Origin: a virus | Length of the DNA stretch: 64,000 nucleotides | IMG/VR virus record: IMGVR_UViG_3300030419_006839 | Span: 32,001 to 96,000 of that record | Strand: one strand, 5' to 3' | The notes under the pieces: generated by a model | Seen by the model: the letters and a program-made list of their open reading frames with translations, nothing else | The model's database searches: none | Told to the model about the DNA's origin: nothing | Made by a program: the position numbers and the translations under genes | In this document: piece by piece, positions 33,125 through 42,276 of the stretch | How the letters are laid out: every line of letters begins with the position of its first letter | How positions within the stretch are numbered: the first letter of the stretch is position 1

Positions 33125-33519
33125 AGGTTGTAGCATATTTGAAACAACAGTGTGGTTGGAGTCGTGGGGTCAGGGAAGTTTTGGCAAAGTGTGGTATTGA
33201 ATACGAAGAAAAACAAATTCATATCCCTGATAATTTCATCGAGATGGTAGAAAAGACGGGTCAGCATATGCAACCATGTGTGCAATTTGGTGATACTATG
33301 TTAGTCGATGTTAGTGGCGATGAAGTCTTGGAATATATTATTTCCAATGAACATAGCATTGTAGACAATGATATTGTAACGGATGTTCCTTTAGATGCAC
33401 CATGTACTGAGGAGGAGGAACTTGCAAAGGTTCGTGGAGATGATAAGGGAAGACCTAGCAATGGTGGTTCCCATCCACATATTCCAATCAAAGATAATGG
33501 ATTTTATGGAGCAAGATAA
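33121..33519 (+). CDS. monothiol glutaredoxin-like protein
   Basis: CGWS active site, TGQxxQPCV (cis-Pro). Confidence 0.8.
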   Translation: MKVVAYLKQQCGWSRGVREVLAKCGIEYEEKQIHIPDNFIEMVEKTGQHMQPCVQFGDTMLVDVSGDEVLEYIISNEHSIVDNDIVTDVPLDAPCTEEEELAKVRGDDKGRPSNGGSHPHIPIKDNGFYGAR

Positions 33520-33719
33520 TGTTATTGAGTAAAGATAAGAAAATTCAAGCACTGAAAGACCAAATAAATAATTTAAAGAAAAGACCAAGCTCCATTTATG
33601 GTTCAGGTCATGCACTTAGTGATTCAGAAAAAGAAAGTGTGGTTAAAAGAGAAAACAAATGGAAAGAAAAACGTATCACTGAAATGATGCAAGAAATTAG
33701 GAGACTAAAGGGTAAATAA
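33519..33719 (+). CDS. basic hypothetical protein
   Basis: Coupled ORF within the Fe-S cassette. Confidence 0.5.
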   Translation: MLLSKDKKIQALKDQINNLKKRPSSIYGSGHALSDSEKESVVKRENKWKEKRITEMMQEIRRLKGK

Positions 33720-34048
33720 TGATATCCATATCTGATAAAGCACTAGAAACTGCAATGAGGATGAGGGATCAACAGGGTGAAGAATTTAAAAAATGTGGTC
33801 TTAGGATTAAGGTTGAAGGTGGAGGATGTTCTGGATTTCAATATAACCTATCCTATGATGTTTGGGATGATGGTGATGTAGTATTCAACGTCAAGGATAT
33901 ATTTAAAATTATTGTTGATAAGAGGTCATTTTTGTATGTTGCTGGTTCTCAGATAAATTATGAGGATGGGTTGATGGGTAATGGGTTTGTAATTAATAAT
34001 CCAAAGGCAAATTCAACTTGTGGTTGTGGGGAAAGTTTTAGCATATGA
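33719..34048 (+). CDS. iscA: A-type Fe-S carrier (IscA/ErpA/HesB family)
   Basis: GGGCSGFQY and CGCGESF motifs. Confidence 0.93.
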   Translation: MISISDKALETAMRMRDQQGEEFKKCGLRIKVEGGGCSGFQYNLSYDVWDDGDVVFNVKDIFKIIVDKRSFLYVAGSQINYEDGLMGNGFVINNPKANSTCGCGESFSI

Positions 34049-34617
34049 TTGAAGTTACAGAAAAGGCAATTGAGAAAATTTCTGGTATTATTGAAAACGA
34101 TGAAGATTATTCTGCTGAGAATACCCTGTTCAGAATCCAAGTTACGGGTAAGACTGCAACGGATTATAAATATGGTATTGGATTGGAATTCAGAAAGGAT
34201 GATTACACCGAAACTGAATCATTTTTTAATTTAGAAAAGTTTAGTATGGTTGTAGATGAAAGATCATTGAGAATACTGGATGGTGCTACAGTCGATTATA
34301 AAGAAGATTTGAATGTACAGGGGTTTGATATTATCAATCCAAATAAACCAGAAGCAAGTGATTTAGAAGAACGTATAATGGAATTGATTGATTCAACGAT
34401 CAATCCTCAAATTGCATCACATGGTGGAAATATTCAAGTTGTCGGTATTGATGCTGGTATTTTATATATCGAAATGTTGGGTGGATGTCAGGGTTGTTCT
34501 GCATCTCAATATACACTACAACATGCGGTAGATCAACAAATTAAATCTCGATTTCCTGAGATAACGCAAATTGTAGATACCACAAACCATGAAGCAGGAG
34601 AAAATCCATATTATTGA
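34045..34617 (+). CDS. nfuA: Fe-S biogenesis protein NfuA
   Basis: Cys-less A-type N-domain + NifU-C domain INPQIASHGG...GGCQGC, ending HEAGENPYY. Confidence 0.93.
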   Translation: MIEVTEKAIEKISGIIENDEDYSAENTLFRIQVTGKTATDYKYGIGLEFRKDDYTETESFFNLEKFSMVVDERSLRILDGATVDYKEDLNVQGFDIINPNKPEASDLEERIMELIDSTINPQIASHGGNIQVVGIDAGILYIEMLGGCQGCSASQYTLQHAVDQQIKSRFPEITQIVDTTNHEAGENPYY

Positions 34618-34840
34618 TATGTAAAATCCACATGTGGAGTTGGATAAAATTTTATTATTTAATTTAAGGAACATTGTTTATGTTTGAATTTTTCACTGAA
34701 CATGCACATGAAATTTATTGTTGGTCTTGGGCTTTAGGTATTTGTAGTGGACTTTTTATTGTAATGCTATTAATAGCTGGAAACTGGGATCATGGTTATG
34801 CTAAAGGATACGAAAAAGGATTTGAAGAGGGACAAAAAAA

Positions 34841-35158
34841 ATGATGGAATTCTGGAAGTTTAAGAAGTTTACAATGAAGTTTCAATGGAGGGGGAAGTGG
34901 AAACGAAACAACCCTGAAATAAGAGAAGAATTAATGTTAATGTCTAATAATATAGATCCATTAACAGGTATTACATTCCCTGAAAATCAGGTGCACTTCT
35001 CTTCTCGTAACTCTTGGTATCATTGGAAAAGATATGACATATGGGTTGCAAAGGGGGAATCTAATTCATGGTCAATGCAGTTATTCCCAACTGCAGAAAA
35101 CCCATATTCTCCATATGCAGAAGAACATATGAGATTTGAAGTGTTTAAAACATTATGA
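34841..35158 (+). CDS. hypothetical protein
   Basis: ORF in operon. Confidence 0.5.
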   Translation: MMEFWKFKKFTMKFQWRGKWKRNNPEIREELMLMSNNIDPLTGITFPENQVHFSSRNSWYHWKRYDIWVAKGESNSWSMQLFPTAENPYSPYAEEHMRFEVFKTL

Positions 35159-35179
35159 TAACATTTGAGGTAGTATTTT

Positions 35180-35305
35180 ATGCCATATAAAAAAATAACA
35201 AGAGGAAAAAATAAGGGTAAGTATAGAGCGAAAGATGGTAGAGTTTTAACCTTAACTCAAATACAAGCTTACTATGCTGGTAAGAAAAATAAAAATAAAA
35301 AATAG
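35180..35305 (+). CDS. small basic protein (MPYKKITRGKNKGKY...), absent from the ORF track
   Basis: GAGGT RBS, 41 aa. Confidence 0.5.
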   Translation: MPYKKITRGKNKGKYRAKDGRVLTLTQIQAYYAGKKNKNKK

Positions 35306-35313
35306 GAGATATT

Positions 35314-35586
35314 ATGTCGTTTTACTTTAAAGAAAAAGAATACAGAGAAGAATTAATCAAAAATCATTTAAAGAAAATAGGGTATACATCCTCAGACTTT
35401 GCAACTTACATATATGCAGAGAATAAGAACGCTTGGGTGGGTATAAACTACACAGATCTTATAAATGATCTTCTAGATCAATTAAAAGGTCAAGTATCGC
35501 AAAAAGATTTAGTCGATCAAATATTTGATGTAATGAGGTCTGAAGAAGAATATTATATCAATGCTTGGAATAATTTAGATAAATAG
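35314..35586 (+). CDS. hypothetical protein
   Basis: AGGAG RBS. Confidence 0.55.
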   Translation: MSFYFKEKEYREELIKNHLKKIGYTSSDFATYIYAENKNAWVGINYTDLINDLLDQLKGQVSQKDLVDQIFDVMRSEEEYYINAWNNLDK

Positions 35587-35596
35587 GAGATATAAA

Positions 35597-35836
35597 TTGT
35601 TTGTAGATGGGTTTGATGATTGTTGTCTTGGATATGTGGAGAGGTTTGGAATGCAACCAACTCCTCTTTACGATAAAGACAAGATGATTGATAAAATGGT
35701 AGATGACGGTATGACTCCAGAGGAAGCAATTGAATATTTTTATTTTAATATAATTGGATCTTGGGTTGGAGAAACTACCCCTTGTTTTATGACTGAAATG
35801 GATAAAGAAGGAGTTGAGTTAATTTTAGAAACATGA
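35597..35836 (+). CDS. conserved phage protein; paralogue of 30755-31045
   Basis: DGFDDC...YDKDKMI...MTPEEAIEYFYFNIIGSWVGETTPCF. Confidence 0.7.
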   Translation: MFVDGFDDCCLGYVERFGMQPTPLYDKDKMIDKMVDDGMTPEEAIEYFYFNIIGSWVGETTPCFMTEMDKEGVELILET

Positions 35837-35995
35837 TATTTAATTGCCAAGAAAAAGAAGAACAGTTTTTTAAGATGAATAAAGAAATAGAAGAAATATC
35901 TAATTCCATTACTAAATTAGATAAGATGTGGAAAACTAATTTAAAACTACACTCTATAAATATATTAGTTATAGAGTTGCAAAAACTTTTAAAAG

Positions 35996-36505
35996 ATGAA
36001 TAAAATAATTTTTTTATTTTTATTGATATTTATAACAGATTATTCTCTATCTGAAGAGAATCATTACAGTGTTATTGTTAGTAATAATTTATTTAGACCT
36101 TTGGGTTGGACTCCACCAAGAGTTATTCCCGAATGGAAACTGATAGGAACCATAATTGGAAAGGATTATAAAATAGCTTATGTCTCAAATATTAAAACAT
36201 CTAGCTTTCAACGCTTGGCTATTGGTGATACTTTTGGTAGTCATATCGTGGATGATATACAACAAAACAAACTATTAACTAAAAAAGGTATAAAATATGA
36301 GTTTAGGAAACCAATATTCCTTAATACACGAAACAATAAGAGAAAATCAAAAACTAAAGAAACAAGTGGGGGAATTGTTAGAACAACTGGAATTACAAAT
36401 GGAGGCGAATCAAAAACTACTAGACAGAATCAAACAGCTAGAAGAAGTAGAAGAAGAGAAAGATTTAGAGAAAGATTCCAAGAACTTAAAAATAGATTTG
36501 AATAG
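35996..36505 (+). CDS. exported protein with a GspC/PilP-like domain
   Basis: Signal peptide; NNLFRPLGW...WKLIGTIIG...AYV...LAIGDTFG...VDDIQ pattern; Arg-rich tail. Confidence 0.5.
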   Translation: MNKIIFLFLLIFITDYSLSEENHYSVIVSNNLFRPLGWTPPRVIPEWKLIGTIIGKDYKIAYVSNIKTSSFQRLAIGDTFGSHIVDDIQQNKLLTKKGIKYEFRKPIFLNTRNNKRKSKTKETSGGIVRTTGITNGGESKTTRQNQTARRSRRRERFRERFQELKNRFE

Positions 36506-36837
36506 GAAAAGTATAGTTTGATATGAATTTAGATTATTTTAAAGATAAAATATTTCAGTATTGTGATTTAAACCATGATAATGAAAATTTTTCAGGCTGG
36601 AAAGTTTGTAAAGAAAATATTAAATTGTGGGAAGAAATTTCTATGATGTTTTACGGCATGTGGATTGCAGAAAATTCAAGTAATGCTGAAATAGTAGAAT
36701 TTTCTCAAACGGAGTGGTAGGTATGATTTTATTAGTTCTTGTTTGCTATGGATGTTTTTCTGTAATTGTAAGTAATTTAGTTGAGAAGATTCCATATATT
36801 CCATATAATTTTCATGAATTTAAAAATGATTTAGACA

Positions 36838-37212
36838 TTGGAGGAGATTGTGATAGTTGTTAGAACGGTTGAAATAGTTTCAGTCGTATTTTTATTTTTT
36901 ATTTCCATTTTATTGTTGTTTCTCCTGATAGGTTGTGAGATGAGAGAGAATGCGGTGATTAGAGAGCAGACCGACATTTTTACTGATGAAATACGAGAAA
37001 AGAATAAGGATATGCAATCCTTGTCTAATCAGTTAAAAGTTGCAGAGGAGAATATTAAGACGTTGAAGGCAAAGTTACTTTGTCGTGAAGAACTGATAGA
37101 TGAAGCAATGGAACAGGCTAAGAGAGATACTCTTAAAGAAAATCCAGTGTTGATCTCGATCAATAAAAATCCACAAAAATCTAATAAGGTACAGGCAGAA
37201 CGTAATCAATAA
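36838..37212 (+). CDS. membrane-anchored coiled-coil protein
   Basis: TM/lipobox-like LLIGC then coiled coil. Confidence 0.5.
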   Translation: MEEIVIVVRTVEIVSVVFLFFISILLLFLLIGCEMRENAVIREQTDIFTDEIREKNKDMQSLSNQLKVAEENIKTLKAKLLCREELIDEAMEQAKRDTLKENPVLISINKNPQKSNKVQAERNQ

Positions 37213-37252
37213 TGTACCAAAAAAAAGATAATTAAAAGGGGGAAGCAAAGTA

Positions 37253-37612
37253 ATGAAAATCAGATTGTTAGTAATGGGAATTATATTGATGTTTGTGTCT
37301 AGTTGTGCGGTGAAACCTGAGTTTCTAGTAGAAGGACGTACTACTATCAGATCAACGTTGATTACAGAATCTCAGTTATTAGAACAGCAAAGATTAGAAA
37401 GGCAAATTTGGAACTGGAAGAATAGACAACGTATCAGATTTCAAATGGAGATGATGAGACACAGACATCCACAAATGAGAATAGGTAGAAATACCTATAA
37501 TCCCAATCGAAGGGGAATTCGTAGACATATCATTCGTAGAAAACATAATGGTGTTAAAATTCATAAGAGAAACTATTGGTCTAACAAAGTAGAATCAGAA
37601 CGTAATAAATAA
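37253..37612 (+). CDS. putative lipoprotein, Arg-rich
   Basis: Lipobox FVSSC. Confidence 0.55.
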   Translation: MKIRLLVMGIILMFVSSCAVKPEFLVEGRTTIRSTLITESQLLEQQRLERQIWNWKNRQRIRFQMEMMRHRHPQMRIGRNTYNPNRRGIRRHIIRRKHNGVKIHKRNYWSNKVESERNK

Positions 37613-38197
37613 TATATGATTAAGAAAGATGGAAAATTAATATCTATATTGGAAATAAATTTTCGTGAAAAACTTAGGGTTGAGAAATTAGAAAAAGATT
37701 TTGAAGAATTAAAAATTAAGTTCAAAAAAGTAAAAGAAGAGAACAAGAAGTTAAAAAAACTTTTAAAAAAGAAATGAAAGAAATATATTTATTAAAAGAA
37801 ATTTTTGAAGAACTGAATGATATGATGCATATCAAAGGAGGAGGTGAAACACCAACGAAAGAGTGGGAAGATAAGTATAGATTCCTTCAAAGAAGGGTAG
37901 ACTACTTTAAAAAAAAATTATTAAAATAAGAAATAGAGAAAACAAAGAACAATTAGAAAAGATTAGAGAAATACAACGAAAGGAATATGTTAAAGGAGAA
38001 ATAAACCTATACCAAAAAAACGAAAGGAAAAGATTAAAATATGAGGTCTTGAAAAGTAAAAAAACAAGTAGATAATAATGAGAATTATACCAATTTCAGG
38101 AACGGTTGGAAGTTCTTTCCATCACTATTTTGAATATTATAGGAGGAATATATTAGATAACTATCTAAATGAATCACTAATAGATCGGAGGTATAAA

Positions 38198-38386
38198 ATG
38201 GATGTTAGTACAAATAGATCAGATAATAATACACCTGATTATTTAAGATATATTCAAGAAGCAAAACAAGCGGAAAGAAAACAAGAAACTAGAAATTTAA
38301 TGAACGAAGAAAAAGAAAACAAAAATAAAAGCGTAGGCAATATAGTTCAAACAACTATTGGAACTATCATTGACATCTATGCATAA
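38198..38386 (+). CDS. small protein with YjfB-motility-like C-terminus
   Basis: GGAGGT RBS; ends IGTIIDIYA; immediately upstream of flagellin. Confidence 0.55.
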   Translation: MDVSTNRSDNNTPDYLRYIQEAKQAERKQETRNLMNEEKENKNKSVGNIVQTTIGTIIDIYA

Positions 38387-38405
38387 AAAACAGGAGAAAT
38401 TTATA

Positions 38406-39290
38406 ATGTTAAATAGTGTAGCAAATAGAGCATATCAAAACTATAAAAAGACAACTGCAGAAATTCAAGAAACTATGCAATTATTGGCAGATGGCAAACC
38501 TAAACTTAATCCAACAGATCAATCTAGAGTTAATAAAATGAACTCTAGAATTAGGACATTAAAAACCGCAAATACAAATGTAAAAGAATCTTTAAACCTT
38601 TTGAGATCTGCAGATAGTGGAATTAGTTCTATTAGAAGTGTGGTTTCTAAACTAAGAGGTATTGCTCAAGAATCTCAGTCAGAAGAAATTAGTGCCGAAG
38701 AACGTGCTGATTTACAGGTAGAGTATGATACTTTATATAAAGAAATAGATTTCATATTAGACAATACAGAATATGATGGAGTTAAACTACTTGATGGTAC
38801 GTTTGCAACTAAGAATGTAGTTATTGATTCTGATGATTCAGTTCAAATAGATATTGATGATATGACTGAAGGTTCATTACGTATTGGTGCTTATACAAAA
38901 ACATTAGAAATTGGCGATCCTGAGATTGGTTTGGATAATGGTCAAGGTGGAGTTTATGCCCCAGGGGATTCTATAAGTATTGTCAAGTCTTCCGTAGACA
39001 CTGTTGAAAAGGCTCAAGACGCAGTTGCACGTTTAGATTTTGCTTTGGGTAAGTTAGATGAGGAATCAGTAAAACTAAATTCAAAGGCTCAGAGATTTGA
39101 ATTTACTACAAGTCATTTAACAAGTATGGTAGGAGTATTGGAAGAATCGGTTGATACCATCGAAGATTTTGATGAGGCTAGAGAAATGAGTCGTTTGGCA
39201 CAAGCTCAAATAAGACAACAATCAGCCATTGCCATGATGGTACAGGCACAACAATTATCTCAAACTATTCACCAATTACTTAACCAGTAA
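38406..39290 (+). CDS. fliC: divergent flagellin
   Basis: Flagellin_N (NVKESLNLLRSADSGI...ERADLQVEYDTLYKEIDFILDNTEYDGVKLLDG) and Flagellin_C (IEDFDEAREMSRLAQAQIRQQSAIAMMVQAQQLSQTIHQLL); AGGAG RBS. Confidence 0.9.
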   Translation: MLNSVANRAYQNYKKTTAEIQETMQLLADGKPKLNPTDQSRVNKMNSRIRTLKTANTNVKESLNLLRSADSGISSIRSVVSKLRGIAQESQSEEISAEERADLQVEYDTLYKEIDFILDNTEYDGVKLLDGTFATKNVVIDSDDSVQIDIDDMTEGSLRIGAYTKTLEIGDPEIGLDNGQGGVYAPGDSISIVKSSVDTVEKAQDAVARLDFALGKLDEESVKLNSKAQRFEFTTSHLTSMVGVLEESVDTIEDFDEAREMSRLAQAQIRQQSAIAMMVQAQQLSQTIHQLLNQ

Positions 39291-39539
39291 ATGATTACAT
39301 ATAGAATAGAAGACATACCTGACGATAGAGGATGGTTAACCACTACATGGGGAAAAGCTGTAGGCTCTGAACCATGTAGTTTTATTTGTCATCACTGTGC
39401 TATAATTTGGAGGGCAAACTTCCCTAGAAATACAATTCTTGGAGTAAGGAATAGTAACGTTTGGGAAAGAAATCCATGTCCAAGTTGTATAAAAAATAAA
39501 CTAAAGAAATATGAGGGATTAGATGAAGTGGGTAATTAG
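39291..39539 (+). CDS. zinc-ribbon protein
   Basis: CHHC...CPSC. Confidence 0.55.
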   Translation: MITYRIEDIPDDRGWLTTTWGKAVGSEPCSFICHHCAIIWRANFPRNTILGVRNSNVWERNPCPSCIKNKLKKYEGLDEVGN

Positions 39540-39604
39540 TTTTTCAATTGGTTTTATAATTGCAATTAGTCTTCTTTACGGCATTGCACAATTTTGGACT
39601 TGGT

Positions 39605-39638
39605 AAAAAAAAAGGATGGGAATTAACCCATCCTTTTT
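39605..39638. terminator. bidirectional intrinsic terminator
   Basis: A-run, AGGATGGG/CCCATCCT stem, T-run, between convergent genes. Confidence 0.85.
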
Positions 39639-39641
39639 CAT

Positions 39642-40058
39642 TTAATTTATTTTTATTGATTTTGGTTTCTCTGATTCTGGTATTTTATTTTCTAGTTTAA
39701 TATTTAAAATACCATCAACAATTCTTGCAGATGTTACTAAGATAGTATTTGATAATGTTAGAGACTTCTCAAACTTTCTATTTGCAATACCTCTATGTAG
39801 ATATTTAGATTTAACATCTGACTGAATTTTTTCTCCAATAATCTTTAACTCATTAGATTCTCCTGGGTGATGTGTTACTGATATTTCATCCTTAGAGAAT
39901 CCTGCTACAGCTATTTCCACTATATATGTATTATCATCCTCCTGTATTATATTATATGGAGGATATTTTTGTTTAGAGTTTTGGAATTCATCTAGTTGAT
40001 TAAATAAACCTTTAAACCCTACAAAGAATGGATCGTATTTTGTTACTAATGTTGTCAT
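39642..40058 (-). CDS. small heat-shock protein Hsp20 (IbpA-like)
   Basis: YPPYNII, IAVAGF, YLHRGIANRKF, DGILNIKL, IPESEKP. Confidence 0.95.
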   Translation of the reverse strand: MTTLVTKYDPFFVGFKGLFNQLDEFQNSKQKYPPYNIIQEDDNTYIVEIAVAGFSKDEISVTHHPGESNELKIIGEKIQSDVKSKYLHRGIANRKFEKSLTLSNTILVTSARIVDGILNIKLENKIPESEKPKSIKIN

Positions 40059-40240
40059 AATTTTTTTCTCCTATTTAAGCAAGAATTTCAAGTGTCTTTC
40101 GACCACTTTTTAATAGTTTATAAAAAGATGCTGAATAACATCTTGGCAGAAACTTTCAGCATCTTTAATACACTTTTTCAGATAAGGAATTATTTAAATT
40201 CCCGACCTCAGTAGGTGATTAATATAAACTCACCCACATA
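40059..40240 (-). promoter_or_regulatory. structured 5' UTR ending in a ROSE-like RNA thermometer
   Basis: UUCUUGCU-UAAAU-AGGAGAA hairpin occludes the SD; four upstream hairpins. Confidence 0.65.
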
Positions 40241-40242
40241 CT

Positions 40243-40315
40243 TATAACGTCACTTTCCCTAAATTATTTACTAAAAAAATAAATCAGTAAAAAGTTTTAA
40301 CCTATTAACGTTATA
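40243..40315. promoter_or_regulatory. divergent pair of class-2 promoters AGTAAA-N16-ACGTTATA
   Basis: Identical boxes at 40243-40272 (-) and 40286-40315 (+). Confidence 0.75.
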
Positions 40316-40340
40316 TATAATTGCAATGAGGTGAATTATC

Positions 40341-40664
40341 TTGAAAACACATATAACTAGATCACACCTTGAAGAATATGAAATCAGTTTAGTTAATAAG
40401 ATAAAAAGTCTATACAAACAAGTATCTTCTGATGATTCTGGTAAAACTGAAATACAAGTAGTACTAGATAGAGGTGGGTGTATAGTTTGGATGGATATTA
40501 TTTGCTCATCTGGGCATAAGCATTTAGATGAATATGCAAAAAAAATAATAGAAGATGCTTGTCCGTTTAAAGACTTCCCTGAAAATTCATTGCATCATTA
40601 TTTAGACATTATTATAACAATTATTTTTAAACATAAGGAGAATCATGAACGTAACGTTAGTTGA
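40341..40664 (+). CDS. stand-alone TonB/TolA C-terminal domain
   Basis: GKTEIQVVLDRGG...SSGHKHLDEYAKKIIEDACPFKDFP. Confidence 0.7.
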   Translation: MKTHITRSHLEEYEISLVNKIKSLYKQVSSDDSGKTEIQVVLDRGGCIVWMDIICSSGHKHLDEYAKKIIEDACPFKDFPENSLHHYLDIIITIIFKHKENHERNVS

Positions 40665-41325
40665 TAAAATGGGTAATGACCTTAGTGTTGTAAATGCTGC
40701 TAGGGTTTCATTCGGTAAAAAAAAGGAAAAATTTGATGATAAGGATAAGAAACTTATTGGTTACCTTGCTAGGCATAATCATTGGACTCCTTTCGGCCAT
40801 GTTTCTTTACAGTTTCACATCGTTGCTCCTGTCTTTGTTGCTAGGCAATTAGTTAAACATCAAGTTGGCTTGGTTTGGAATGAAATTAGTAGGAGGTATG
40901 TTGATAGTGACCCTGAGTATTATACTCCAGAAAAATGGAGACTTAAAGCAAGTAATAAAAAGCAGGGAAGTTCTGATGAATTTTATTACAATGAAGTAGT
41001 AACAAAAGATGCTTTTGATCCTAGTATACCTAGTCCTGGAGGTAATCCTTATGAAATGCCTTCATATAAATACATTTGTGAACAAGCTAGGATTGCATAT
41101 AACTCTATGATAAATATTGGTATTTGTCCAGAACAAGCAAGAATGATATTACCTCAAAGTATGATGACTGAGTGGTATTGGTCGGGTACTTTAATGGCAT
41201 TTGCTAGAGTTTGTAATCTAAGATGTAAACCAGATACGCAGTTGGAGACTCAATGGATAGCAGATAAAATAGATAAGTTAGCAGTTGAAGTTGCCCCTGT
41301 TAGTTGGGAACAATTAAGAAAATGA
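40645..41325 (+). CDS. thyX: flavin-dependent thymidylate synthase
   Basis: VNAARVSF, HWTPF, RQLVKH...NEISRRY, EQARMILP. Confidence 0.95.
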   Translation: MNVTLVDKMGNDLSVVNAARVSFGKKKEKFDDKDKKLIGYLARHNHWTPFGHVSLQFHIVAPVFVARQLVKHQVGLVWNEISRRYVDSDPEYYTPEKWRLKASNKKQGSSDEFYYNEVVTKDAFDPSIPSPGGNPYEMPSYKYICEQARIAYNSMINIGICPEQARMILPQSMMTEWYWSGTLMAFARVCNLRCKPDTQLETQWIADKIDKLAVEVAPVSWEQLRK

Positions 41326-41546
41326 AAGAAAAGCAAAAATGGTGGGAAAGAAAAAGTCTTGTAAACGATACTCTCTTAGATCAAGAAGTTAAACTTGCAA
41401 ACTTAAGATGGTCGCAAATAAAGGAAGACTTGGAAACTGTTCAACTAGAGTTGGTTGCTTTAGATGGAAAATACAACAAAGTTAAGAAGAAGAATAAAAA
41501 GTTAAAAAAACAAAACAAAAAGTTAAAGAGGAGATTATTAAAGTGA
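41322..41546 (+). CDS. basic coiled-coil protein
   Basis: Coupled ORF. Confidence 0.5.
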   Translation: MKEKQKWWERKSLVNDTLLDQEVKLANLRWSQIKEDLETVQLELVALDGKYNKVKKKNKKLKKQNKKLKRRLLK

Positions 41547-42274
41547 CACTTACTAATGTTCAATCAGGAAACGCTGAATGGGAAAATATTATAGATGCTA
41601 ACATTCCAGAGAGTACAGAAACACATAAGCCAATCAAGCATTCTACAATGGTAGATTGGCTAGATTCTTCATTAGAGAAAAACAACATTAAAGTTGTTGA
41701 TAGGGTTTTTAATCTAAGTAAAAATACTATGAGGATGATGGCATTATATCAAGTAGAAAAAAAAGATGAAAAAGATAAAAACACATTAGTTGGTTTGCTC
41801 AATTGCAATGAAAAAACGTATGCTGCTAAACTAATGTTTGGTTTGCGTTGGTTGACTTGTGGGAATAGACTTTGGTATGAATCTGTTCTTTTTAAAAGAA
41901 AACATACGGGAAATATAACTCAAGACTTAGAATTAGGAATAAGCAATGCAATTAGTAACATAACAATATATCAAAACGAATTTGATAAAGTTATAAATAA
42001 ATATAAGGAAATAAGAATAAATGATGAAATTGCAAGCCATGCAATAGTTAATGCTGCAAGTAAAAAAATTATTCCTTCTTCTAAAGTTGTTAGTGTTTAC
42101 AGAGAGTGGTTTAATCCATCATATACTTATGACCATAATGAGAAATCTTTATATCGGCTTAATAATGCATTTACAACTTCTTTTAGAAACTATAAGAGTC
42201 CGTTTTCAGTTCCTAAAAGAAGTTTCGGTTTAATAAAACTACTTGGTGAATATACAACAAAATTGGAGAGTTAA
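41543..42274 (+). CDS. DUF932-like protein
   Basis: THKPIKH, GLLN, G...CGN, RKHT, SLYRLNNAFT. Confidence 0.7.
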   Translation: MTLTNVQSGNAEWENIIDANIPESTETHKPIKHSTMVDWLDSSLEKNNIKVVDRVFNLSKNTMRMMALYQVEKKDEKDKNTLVGLLNCNEKTYAAKLMFGLRWLTCGNRLWYESVLFKRKHTGNITQDLELGISNAISNITIYQNEFDKVINKYKEIRINDEIASHAIVNAASKKIIPSSKVVSVYREWFNPSYTYDHNEKSLYRLNNAFTTSFRNYKSPFSVPKRSFGLIKLLGEYTTKLES

Positions 42275-42276
42275 AA

